This document shows positions 1 to 12,500 of a stretch of DNA of 15,093 nucleotides, one piece after another; position 1 is the first letter of the stretch; each line of letters starts with the position of its first letter. Source of the DNA: Zygophlyctis sp. KS116 (lineage: Eukaryota > Fungi > Chytridiomycota); contig BAAFSQ010000241.1 in the NCBI GenBank assembly GCA_054661495.1, positions 1 to 15,093 on the forward strand, read 5' to 3'. Below the pieces are notes generated by a model. It did no database searches, was not told where the DNA came from, and worked only from the letters and a program-made list of their open reading frames with translations. Both the position numbers and the translations under genes were made by a program.

Positions 1-24
1 GATTTGGTTTAGAGTGAGGAAGAA

Positions 25-1688
25 ATGTTGGCTCAGTCTGGCTTTTGGAATGAGACTCAACAAGATTTAGTAGTGATTCCTTCTATTTCCTTTCCAATAA
101 TTCAATTGGGTAAAATACATGGTATCCAACATTATGAAGAGAGAATGCTCTATCATTTGTTTCATCTTAGACATTCGAAATTCTCTAGAATTCTATATAT
201 TACTTCTTTACCGCTTGATCCTGCCATATGTGACTATTACGTTTCAGTCATTGTAGATTCGATCGGACATGATCAAGGCTCAAGAGAAGAATGGATGAAT
301 GATATTAAAAGTAGAATATTCTTTCTATCAACTTATGATGGTGATAAACTATTAACTCTATCTCAGAAAATATTATCAAGACCAAGGATATTGAATAGAA
401 TTCAAAAATTTCTAAAGGCAAAGTTAACGCCAGATATTTCTACGTATTTATCGGTTTATAGGGGAACTGAAACAGAATTTGAAATTGGAGATATTTTAAA
501 CTTGCCTGTTCATGCAGCAGACTCTAATCTTTTATTTTGGGGTGGAAAGGCAGGATCACGATTTATTTTTAAGGAACTGGAGGTTCCACATTGTGATGGA
601 TCTTATAGGTATTTTTGACAATTTAAAAAGAAAGTGCGGATAAAGATGTTCACATAATAATACAAAAAATTATACAGGTTTGCTATAGAAATCCAAAATG
701 TAAAAAAGGAATGATTAAACTTGATGAAGGATTTTCTGGAAAGGGGAATGCATTAGTGGATTTGGAAAATGTTCAATCTGCTATTCTAAATTGCAATAAT
801 TTAGAAAATTCAGAATTTCTATCAAATAAAGTACTCAAGTCTTTGGAAAATTCAAAGTTTTTTGGAGAATCGGAATCGTGGGAATCATTTTCACGGCAGA
901 TCTCAGTCATTGGAGCTATATTTGAAATATTTGTAGAAATTAAAGAGACTGATCTTACTACTACTAGTCCATCTGTTCAAGTTTATATTGATTTAAATGG
1001 AATTGTGGAAATCATTTCTAGTCATGAACAAATATTAGAAAATCAACATTATTTAGGATGTGAATTTCCAGCGTATCGTCCTTACCGCCAAGAAATTGCA
1101 GATTATTCTAAAAGGTAAGAATTTGTAAGAGTTATATAAAGAATTGGAGAATTTCTATCAGAAAAAGGTGTAACTGGACATTTTGGAGTTGATTTTCTTT
1201 GTGTTCAACACTCTTACTCTCAACCAGAAAACATCAACTTTTATGAAAAATCTGATGAAAAATATGGTATTCGAACAGATTGGAGTATATATGCAATTGA
1301 AATCAATTTAAGAATGACTGGAACAACACATCCAATGATGACTCTTAAAATGCTTACAGATGGAAAATTGTTAGAGTCTGGAATATTTGTAACTTGTGAA
1401 AATGAACCACATCCTTGCTTTTACGTATCTTATGATTTATCACTTGAACCATGTTTCAAAAGATTAATACCTCTTGATCTATTAGATATAATTGATAAAT
1501 GTAAATGGCGTTATAACCACCAAACCAAAACTGGTGTAATTTTCCACATGTTGGGATCAATTTCAGAACATGGATGGATTGGTCTAACATGCATTGGCAA
1601 CTCTAGAGAAAATAGTTTTGCTATATATGAAAATGTACGTAAAGTATTAATGTCTGAAGCCAAAAAGGAATTGAATGAGCTGGAATAA
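25..1688 (+). CDS. PGM1-related (pheganomycin ligase-like / IQCH-family) ATP-grasp peptide ligase, about 536 aa; 5' end may lie upstream of the window
   Basis: Exons 25-608, 635-1114, 1142-1688; introns 609-634 (26 nt) and 1115-1141 (27 nt). The spliced protein has VVIPSIS..HYEERML, LSQKILSRPR, WGGKAGSR..VPH.DG, KLDEGFSGKGNA, SPSVQ, SHEQIL..YLGCEFPA, RIGEFLSEKGVTGHFGVDF, AIEINLRMTGTTHP and GVIFHMLG..GLTCIGNS, motifs I recognise from bacterial PGM1-related ATP-grasp proteins. TTTAG at 8-12 may be an acceptor for an upstream exon. Confidence 0.8.
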
Positions 1689-1708
1689 TAAAATTAATTA
1701 CTTTTAAT

Positions 1709-2440
1709 ATGCAGTGAGACTTTTAACTTAACCATAGATTTCCTCAATCTACTCTTAAAATGCCTCAATTGAAAGCATTTGCTATAAAATACGGACTAAT
1801 AACTAGTGGAAATAAATCTCAATTGCTCTCTAGACTTGATACTCACTTATCTAATATAAAATTAAGAGAGACTAGAGTACTTGCAATAGATGTTGGACTA
1901 GTAAATTTAAGTTTTATTTCAATTAAAAACTCTCTAAACAACCAAAAATCAATTCTTGAATGGGATTTAGTAGACTTGAAACTTGGAAATTATGATCCTG
2001 TGCATTATACTCTAAAAACTCTAAAATTACTGGACAATATTCTCAAAACAAATCCTACAAATATTATAATTGAAGCTCAATCATGGAGATCCGGACTTGT
2101 ACCTTTAACAATTCTAAAACTCAAATCTTTAGAAGCTATTTTAGTAGCATCTATTATATCAAGAGGATACAAAAATGTTGATCTTGTATCTCCAAACAGA
2201 ATCTCTGATTATCTTGTATCAAGTAATTTAGAGTTTGAACAGGGAAATTACCGTGCTAAAAAGTCAAGTTCAGTTAAATTAGTACAGAAATTACTAGACT
2301 CTACAGAATTTAAAGGATCTAGTGGAGTATTTCATAATTCTAGTAAAAAAGATGATTTAGCAGATTGTTTTTTATTAGCATATGTATGGAATGAATGGAG
2401 AATGAATGCAATTAGTGATTTATTAAAGTCTAAAAAATAG
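1709..2440 (+). CDS. CCE1: Cce1/Ydc2-type mitochondrial Holliday-junction resolvase (SAP domain + RuvC-like nuclease), about 235 aa
   Basis: SAP-like N-terminus (STLKMPQLKAFAIKYGLITSGNKSQLLSRL) and RuvC-fold acidic motifs VLAIDVGLVNLSF, IIIEAQ and KKDDLADCFL. Model: 5-nt first coding exon ATGCA (1709-1713), intron 1714-1737 (GTGAGA..ATAG, 24 nt), exon 1738-2440. Alternative start is ATG 1760. Confidence 0.8.
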
Positions 2441-2531
2441 ATTTTACTTTTTTACTAGATACTATCAGAGATTAAAAAGTAAGTTGTTTGACAAGGATTA
2501 AACAGAACTAAGCCTACCAGACAAACGTAAA

Positions 2532-4261
<1,730 letters not shown>

Positions 4262-4263
4262 TA

Positions 4264-5006
4264 TTATAGATTATCTTTTACACGTTTTTGTAATTGAGAT
4301 ATTTCATCTTCTAAAATCCTGATTTGATAATTTAATTTCTTTCTATAGTCTAAATCAAGAGCATTAACCAACGGACTAGCCCATTCTGGAATATCGATTA
4401 CACTCCCAATTATCGACACTATAGCTTCAAACCCATCTCTAACTGGATCCCAATCATACTTTTCAGGAACAATTTCTTGATTATCTAAAATATTTTTAAA
4501 TCTTGAACCATTTTTAATATGATCTACAATTGAAAACCTTGAACTTTGATGATCTGATATCCCCTGTTCTTTTAAAGCATATTGTATTCTAGCATGCCTT
4601 AAAAAACTATAAATAATTTGTCCTGTTACTGCGATCCCAGAAAACATGAATAGTCCTGGCATTACTCCAAATCTACCTTTATAAATATATCCTGCACTTG
4701 ATCCAACTATTCCACCAGCAAAAATAGAAGATAATAATTCATCCTTGTCTCTTCTTTTAAAAGAATCAATTCCTTGATCATGATTTAAAGAGTTCCGATA
4801 AGCCAACATCCCAGATCTTAATCCTAATTTTAGAATCATTAAATATTACCATAAAATGGAACCGCTAGAATCCCCCAATTCATACTCATTGAGAATGCAG
4901 ATGCAGGAACTGAATAACCTTTATAAATTGCAATTGAAGCGCCTGATATTCCGCCGATGCCCATTAATAGACCAACATTCCCAGCAGCATTTCTTAGATC
5001 GTCCAT
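4264..5006 (-). CDS. Tim17/Tim22/Tim23/Pmp24-family mitochondrial membrane protein, about 238 aa
   Basis: Exons 5006-4850 and 4823-4264; intron 4849-4824 (26 nt) gives PFYG|LRSGMLAY. Gly-rich hydrophobic helices (GLLMGIGGISGASIA, SSIFAGGIVGSSAG, GVMPGLFMFSGIAVTGQ) fit the family, and there is a coiled-coil-like C-terminus. The ORF-track start at 5042 is TTG; the first ATG is 5006. Confidence 0.65.
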
Positions 5007-5079
5007 TGTATGCGACTCACCTAAGACTACAGACTGGGGCAAGACAAACGACGGCAGAATCCAAGGGCTGCCATCAGAA

Positions 5080-5857
5080 ATGGTTGAAATTGTTGCGTTT
5101 CAGGGAGAATGGTCTATTGAACAAATTGAAGAAATCATTAAACTTCGTTATCATACTTTTGGAAAATCTTTTAGTAAATCTAGTGAAAACGATGAAGAAT
5201 TATGGGGCAAATTAACCGGTCAATGGAATAAAATGCAGGAATATGAAATTTTTAATTCTAAACAAGTCAAACAAAAACTCTGTAAATTATACAAGGAGTA
5301 CTGTGATATTCAGGCTGTTTTAGATGTATTTTACTATTTTTATAATTTATTAGGACTCTCAAGAAAAGGAAATTGATTTACCTCCTTATTGGAGTAAAAT
5401 GGTTGATTATATGCCTCTAGCTCCTAAAAAAGTAAAGCGTGTTTTACAGTCTCCAAACCAAGAAAATATTGTAAAAAGAAGAAAATCGGACTCTCAAATT
5501 AAGAAATCTGTAAAGTCTGTCAAGGATGAAATTTTAAAAGTTGATTATTCTATAGATGACATGGGGGATGGACTAGAGAATTCATCTCCTCAAAGAATTA
5601 AAAAAGTAAATGGTTCTAACAAGGAATCTGAAAATTCATTGTTTAATGGATTAGAGAAAATTGCAAATTCTATTAAAGAGTTTGGAGATCAAATTGTAAA
5701 GGAAAATCAGTCTTGTAATTCAAAATTTCAAGATTTATTACAAAATCAACAAAAATTGTTGGAATTTTCTCTAAATCAAATAAACAAACAGTTGACAGAG
5801 AGAATAGATTCAGGAATGAATCAAATTATTGATATTTTGAAATCAATAAATCAATAA
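5080..5857 (+). CDS. Myb/SANT-like (trihelix-type) DNA-binding protein with C-terminal coiled coil, about 249 aa
   Basis: Exons 5080-5325 and 5354-5857; intron 5326-5353 (28 nt). Pattern WSIEQIEEIIKLR..LWGKLTGQWN..KQVKQKLCKLYKEY..LPPYWSKM resembles Myb/SANT-like domains. Basic NLS-like motifs PKKVKR and KRRK. Confidence 0.6.
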
Positions 5858-5878
5858 ATTAGGGCCAATTTAACTGAA

Positions 5879-6585
5879 ATGAAGGAGTTTTTAACGTCTC
5901 CGACGACATTTGAGCCTGAAAAACTAGTAATACTCTTGGCTTTTTAACTTTAGGAAATTATACAGGAATTTTGGGATAAAACCATGACTTCAATTAGGAA
6001 TTGTAACGATTTTAGATCTTGTCTACCATTGGCTAGAATCAGGAAAATCATGAAATTAGATCAGGAAGCAAAGGTAAATTTTAGATTAAATAAAATCAAT
6101 AGACAGTTGTATTTTATAATATTTAATTATAGATGATTTCAGCTGAAGCGCCAATTGTTTTAGCAAAAGCTTGTCAATTATTTATCATTGAATTAACTCT
6201 AAGAGCGTGGAATCAGACACAATCATCAAATAGAAAAGTATTACAGAAATCTCACATATCTGATGCAGTCTCACAGTCTGAAATGTATGATTGTAATTTG
6301 ATCTTGTTTTATTTTAGTCTTGATTGATATTGTTCCTAGGATGCATACAGTGAAAAATACACATTCAACCGTAAATTAGGAATTTCTAATATTTTAGAGT
6401 TTGTGCTTTGATCAATTGTCAGATCATTCACAATTTGATCCTGTAGATTTCTCTTTTTTTTTAAATATTAGGACATGATTGGTCAACATTTTTTAAATCA
6501 TAATTCTGTAATTAAACATAATATCTCTGTTCAAGATGATCAGATTTCGAATGACTTGGAGTCAAAGGAAAATGAAGGTTTATGA
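5879..6585 (+). CDS. HAP5: CCAAT-binding factor subunit C (NF-YC/Hap5), histone fold, about 181 aa
   Basis: Exons 5879-5926, 5954-6073, (6103-6108), 6133-6292, 6318-6370, 6398-6442, 6472-6585. Splicing restores QEFW..LPLARIRKIMKLDQEAK-(TV)-MISAEAPIVLAKACQLFIIELTLRAW..RKVLQKSHI..MYDF|LIDIVPR, the NF-YC signature. The last two exons are less certain; the unspliced stop would be at 6377-6379. Confidence 0.88.
6103..6108 (+). other. Putative 6-nt micro-exon (ACAGTT, Thr-Val) in NF-YC
   Basis: The 59-nt gap 6074-6132 parses as GTAAAT..AATAG (29 nt) + ACAGTT + GTATTT..TATAG (24 nt), both within the local intron size range. Confidence 0.6.
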
Positions 6586-7577
6586 ATCAATTGGAATAAA
6601 ATTGCATTCATCAACAAGACTTAATCTACCAATAGTCATTTGAGTACTTAATAATCCTTCTTGAAGAAAACACATACCCATGATGGCTTGAGTATTGGGT
6701 CTATCATCTGGATTTAATCTGGTACAATCTCCTACTAAACTTGAAAGATCTGAAGAGTAGAAGGATGGTAACGGTTTATACTTTCCAGATGTGATCTTCA
6801 TGACAAGAGCAGGAAGACTAGATCCTTCAAACATTCGATGAAGAGCCATAATTTCATATAATATACATCCCATTGCCCAAATATCTGATTTTTCGTTACA
6901 ACTCTTTCCATCGCATAATTCAGGACTAAGATAACTAGGTGTACCAACAACCGTGACAGATGTAGCCTCTTGAGAACTTAAAAATTTTGAAATTCCAAAA
7001 TCTCCTATTTTTAAGATTAGAGATTTTCCAGTTCCAGAAATCATAATATTATTTGTTTTAAGATCCCGATGCAATATATTATGAGAATGTATATGATGAA
7101 GAGCAAATGCAATTTGAGAAAAGAAATAAATTACTTGAGGTTCGCTTAGATGAGTACCATTTAGCGTATTCAAGTATGAATCAAGTGTGCCTGAATATTA
7201 AAAATTAAAGATTAATTACCTCCATCCGCATATTCCATCACAATATAAAGAGTCATTGGTGTCTGCTGCTTTTGTCTACGATTACTGACGGTTGCGTCTC
7301 GCGTCTTGTGGTCTGTATAGTCCTTGTTTTCAGCTGTAAATGAATCAAAATATGCAATGATATTGGGATGTCTAACAATTGAAAGTAATTGTATTTCATT
7401 CATGTATTCATCATGCGCTTCCTTGGATTTCATATCATGAAGGAGCTCCTTCACAACAACATTTACATTGTCCTTTTTCCTGTTGCAGAGAATTGCGAAA
7501 CCATGTGCACCTCTTCCGACAACTTTTATTCTTTCATACAATGCCCATGGATCACTACTGGTAGTAGCATTACTCAT
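6580..7577 (-). CDS. NIMA-related Ser/Thr kinase, NEK8-like, kinase domain only, about 322 aa
   Basis: Exons 7577-7220 and 7190-6580; intron 7219-7191 (29 nt) gives MEYADGG|TLDSYL. YERIKVVGRGAHG, VVVKE, HPNIIAY, ILHRDLKTNNI, KIGDFGISK, TVVGTPSYLSPELCDGK, KSDIWAMGC and SLPALVMKITSG closely follow animal NEK8 kinase-domain motifs. Confidence 0.9.
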
Positions 7578-7603
7578 TAAACAATAGATTAAAATTACGA
7601 AAA

Positions 7604-9256
7604 TTACGACGATCGTTGCAAAACAGAACCATCTCTAACATCAATATACCATAGTATTGCAGAAAATATTGCTCCAAGAAATGCAAGGATTGAGAAAAAT
7701 AATTCTACAGGGACAAATGATCCTCCGTCTACACGGATTCCCGCAGTGATCATTGGGAATATTGTTAATGCAGTATTAAGAGCACTAGTTGATATACCAA
7801 AACCAGTACCAACAAGTTTGGGAGAATAGCCCTGTTGTCTACCTATAATTGTTTCTTGATGTTCTATAACTGTGGCAATAGAAGGCCAAATTGCAACTCC
7901 ATACATTGAATAAGAGAGGCCTAGGAATAATAGAGGAATGATTGGAGTTATATCTGATAATGCAAGAGTCAAATGGACGCCCATGATTATGAGAGAACAT
8001 AAAAGAAGAAAAGATGCACGGCCACCATAATAATCTACAATTACACCACAAAAAGGAACCAGAAAAGCAGACATTGAATCCGGAATACTTTTTTATAATT
8101 TAAACAAAAAATATACCTCATGACAGCTCCTGCTGTTTCTGTATCGCCCGGATACCATTTAGACATTAAAAAATCGGATGCGATGTTATTAAATGGAACA
8201 ACCGTCCCATAAAGTAAGATACAAATGATACAGATAAACCAAAATCTTGTTGGAAGATACATACAGTCTGAAATTATATTAGTTGAATGATTATTTCTTG
8301 TTGGAAGTAATGGCTCTGACTCTGATCCATCCTCATTTGATTCTAAAAGTGTATTAGATTCACGCTTTGGGATTGATTCGTCGTGTCCATGATTTTCATA
8401 ATCCTGCTAAATTCGTTTAAGAAATTAGTAAATTTACAGTAGGATACTTTGTCATTATTCTTGTTAAAAGAAATGCAGAAATTAAAGATAGATAACACAT
8501 AAGAGATCCAATCCAAACAGCAAATGGGGCAGATACCAACTTATCTAATCTTGGCGACAAAATTGAATTACAAACTGATCCCAGTCTAGCAATACATAGA
8601 TCTGTAATTTAAACAATAAGAAAAATACTTAATCCCAACGCAAAACTCAATTCCTTTCCTGAAAACCATCTTGTAGTAATACTTGCCTGTGCCACTGATA
8701 TCGTTTCACCTCCAATACCAAAAAGTATTCTTCCGATTAACATTAGTGAAAACCATTTAGTACTAACTCCTATTGCAAATATTGTCTGGCCTAGGCATAC
8801 TATAAAGGAAAACCCCATCAAAACATAAGCTGGATTCATACTATCAATTAGAGCCCCGCCAATCAAAGGTATAAACATGTTTGGTAGTGAATATACTGAA
8901 TACATTAAATTCAGTTCATACTGCCAAGTATCATAATCATGACCCAGGTAATTCTAATTTCAGCGCATTACAAGTACCTGCAGTGGTATATTAAGAGCGG
9001 CCGGATTATCATAAGCGTAGAAATTACCAAAGAGTAAACAGCATGCTAGAAATAAAATCATCCATCTTATTGCCGGTGCTTTCGTGGCTGATTCACTTGA
9101 CTGATCAAGCGTTGGTGTTTTAAGCAAAACTATCGGTCCACCCCCGAAAGAGGATGTTCTCCTGAGTAATGCTGTTCCTATATTGAGATCAGGCTCTGTG
9201 AAGCTGGAATGTCTCTTGAGAAGTCTGGACTCGGTGGTTTCTTGATGAGTATCCAT
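7604..9256 (-). CDS. Major facilitator superfamily transporter, MFSD1-like (lysosomal/vacuolar), about 513 aa
   Basis: Exons 9256-8978, 8953-8629, 8601-8438, 8406(or 8403)-8117, 8087-7604; introns of 24, 27, 31/34 and 29 nt. Motifs RWMIL..FGNFYAYDNPAAL, LMYSVYSLPN, GRILFGIGGE, WFSGKELSFALGL|NLCIARLGS, FCGVIVDYYGGR, IWPSIA and GTGFG match the MFSD1 family. Confidence 0.88.
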
Positions 9257-9502
9257 GATACTTGTAGGGTAACTTATTAAACGTTGATTCAGCTTATCAA
9301 TGCAAAGTTGAAAGTAAACTAGACAATATTTTTCAACAAATGCTTGCAACTTGGCAATGGAATCGCTCGGACATCATAATTATTCAATGGTAGTTATTGT
9401 CGGTATCTTCTCTTAAACGATCAGTCATGGATAAGATATTTATTGTCACCAGGGACTAAACTCAATACTTTCTGACCAGCGTTTCTAAAATTTGTTTTGT
9501 AT

Positions 9503-12500
9503 TTAAAGTCCTGCGCACACCATTAATGCTGCTGCAAATGATCGGTAATTGACACGATCCATTCCTTTAGTAGTGGCAAATCGGTGGGCTAGAACTAGAA
9601 TTTCCTCATCATCAACTGGAAGACCAACATCGTCCAAAACAGATCTAAATTGATTTGTAGAAATGGTCCCTGTTACTTTTAATCGAAAAATATATCACCT
9701 TCATTAATGAAATCATAGTCTTCGAGATAGGTGAGCGGATCAATTACATGCTTTCTCACAATCTCCACCATTCTATCCATAATCTTTTGATAAACTTTTT
9801 GATCTTTTGCGGATAATATGTTAAGACTAGGATCAACTTCTCCTGGAATGAATTCTTTGACTTCACATGTTGGATTTTTAACTAGTCCCTTGACTGTAAA
9901 TACAGATTCGATTTCATCAGAAAATTCCACATAATTAACTTCTTCAGCATTGGTTTCATATTTCTTTTCCAATGCAATCAATTCAGGCTATAATTAGATA
10001 TTGAAAGATTTACTTCTGTTAGATTTGAAAAAATGACTTTAAGACCACGGCGAAACTTGTTTTTAGTAATGTTCCCACGGCGCCAATGGTCAAAATCAGC
10101 CAGAAAATCAATGACACGGATTCTTTCCGTTTTAACCTGTCTTCAATTCTTAAAAAATTACCTTGGTTTTTAGTCGATGCATCAATTGATCACACTCGTC
10201 AGAAGTTAAATATTTCATTGTGGGAGCTTGAACTTCAGCTTTTTGCTTAGGAACGAGCTTTGAAGAGCCTTTATTACTGTCTCGATTAAATGATTCTCGT
10301 AATTCTTCATCAATTCCTAGATCAAGATCTTCCAAAAAGCTCAAATAAGAAATTATTTCACCGCATTTTTGAATATATCCTTTATGGTCGGTTTTGTCCA
10401 TTTGGTTAAACATAGGATCGTCATATTTTTTGCATAAAACTTCAAATTCCTCACTGCTTACATTTACTTGCATGTATTGAAGACATCTCCTGAATTGTGA
10501 GAGGGTTACATGGCCAGTGCTAGTGCATACCTATAAAATAAGCATAATTTAACTATACTTTATCAAAATCTTTAAAGAATGGTTTGATTGATGACTGACG
10601 AATTCTTAAATGCTCGCGAATATTGGCCAATGTTTGATTTAAAAGTTTGGCTTCTTTTGAGGAAAGAGAGTTGGCGCTAGATGATGATTTCCCCATTATG
10701 TTTACTGGATTTGGAATATGCGATGGTCTAGATTCAAGATTTGTATCCCCAAAAACTATTTTTGAGAAAATAAGAAGAATTACTCTTTTCAACTTCAATC
10801 TCAAACTCTTTCCAACGACAGAAGCCTTTTTTCTTATCATCTTGATAATAATCAGCAAGTGTATCAAATTCAGCCATGGTTAAAGAACATTCAATATTGT
10901 CCACACCACGAATGAATTCCTGTCTTGGGATCGAATAGCTTCTTAATCTATCAAAATCACGGAAAAATTCAGCAACTCTGATTCGCGTAGATCCAACATG
11001 TCTTTGAATTTTCTTGATAATTTCGGCAACATCAACAGAGCTGGGCTGCTCTTTCACTTTGCCCTTCCCTGAAGAAATGTCTTGCTGAATTTCTGATTTT
11101 GAATTCTGCTTATATGTTTGCGGATCAATATCTCTAATAAAATTCATATAGCTAACTTTCCCAAGGCTTCTGTCCTCATATTTTTTAAATATTATGTGCA
11201 AATCAGCGTCAGATATGTCCATTTTCATCATGGATAATAATCTGCTAAAATGAGATCGTGTCACTCTGCCAAGGTTTCCTCTATCGAAATCTTTAAAGAA
11301 GGGAGCTAATAACAATCTACGTTCAGACATAAGTGCTCTGAATTTTGATATTATCTCATTGCACCGTTTTTCTTCGTCTGGAGGCAATTCATTGCTTCCC
11401 TGTATTAGCCATTCCCGCGGTGGTGGTTTTACATCAATAAGGGGTTCAGCTTCCAAATGATTAACTGTGAAAACTTTATCAATTGATGCACAGAATACTC
11501 TGTATTGGAATCTACCATCTTTTTGATAGGCTGATTTTAAAACAGTAATATCAGGATCTTCCAAGGGCAGAGATGACAAGCATAATCCAGCCAGGAACTG
11601 TGCTTCCGAGACCAAGCCACAGTTATGACGGTCATAGTCCCTGAAAAACTCCAAAAGCCGAATTCTATTTTTGTAGACATCTAATCCATTATTATAATAA
11701 ATATACATTTTTTAATTTTGTCTTCAACAAAGTAGAGAGTTCGTTTCCCTTGTGCATGATTAATCATATTAGCATGTAAGAGATCTTCTGTCCCTACCGG
11801 TACAAATTCATGCTCATATTCTGCATCCACTTTTAATTTTGCAACCAATTGAGCAGCATCAACTTGAGGTTTGGGAGCCTTACGATTCACATCCACATTC
11901 ATTTTAAAATAATTGACAGTACTTGTTACATCTTCCCCATATCTCAGAAGCAAAATATCTTCTTCCTCCATACTTAGTAAATTTTGAGGAATCCCTCTTC
12001 GAAATTGATTATAAGTTACATAACCATTATTATACTTGTCAAAATCTTTAAACCAAGATTTTACATCATATCCATGATGCTTGACATATGATCTAAGACG
12101 ATCAATAACCTCTTCTAAAATTGTTTCTGATCTTGGTGATAAGACATGTCCGACCAAATGGGCTACTAAATATCAGCATTTAAATACTATTTAATTTTAT
12201 CAAGTCTTTGACTTTAAAAATCTAATTAATAATGATAATTACCATCTGTTGCATTAGATTTTATAGGTGTAATTTCAAGTAATTTCCCTCCAAATGCTAA
12301 TAAATTAATCTTTTTTAGAACCAACCTTTTTCTATAGAGTCTACAAAATCTCTCCATTTTATCATTCCATTTTTCTTAAGATAATTCTGGACAATTAATT
12401 CACTTTCATCTGCCGTCAGCGGCCTAACAACTCCCTTATCAAATGCAGCTCCGATTCCTCTTCTAAACTGAGCAGCAGTAATATAACCAGATCTGAGTTT

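Noticed and set aside
4856-5215. 119-aa plus-strand ORF and the 4957-5079 N-terminal extension of the Myb-like ORF
   Set aside because: They overlap better-supported genes, have no recognisable motifs and are best explained as shadow ORFs.
9341-9360. Possible RFX X-box (TTGCAACTTGGCAA) upstream of the MFS gene
   Set aside because: Only a partial match to the GTNRCC-N-RGYAAC consensus, and it is not positioned at the putative ciliary genes' starts.
9421-9520. Extra terminal exon of the EF-hand gene via donors 9520/9518 and acceptor 9485
   Set aside because: Weak donors, 34-36 nt intron lengths at or above the local range, and repeat 8 is already complete before the stop at 9503. Left unresolved.
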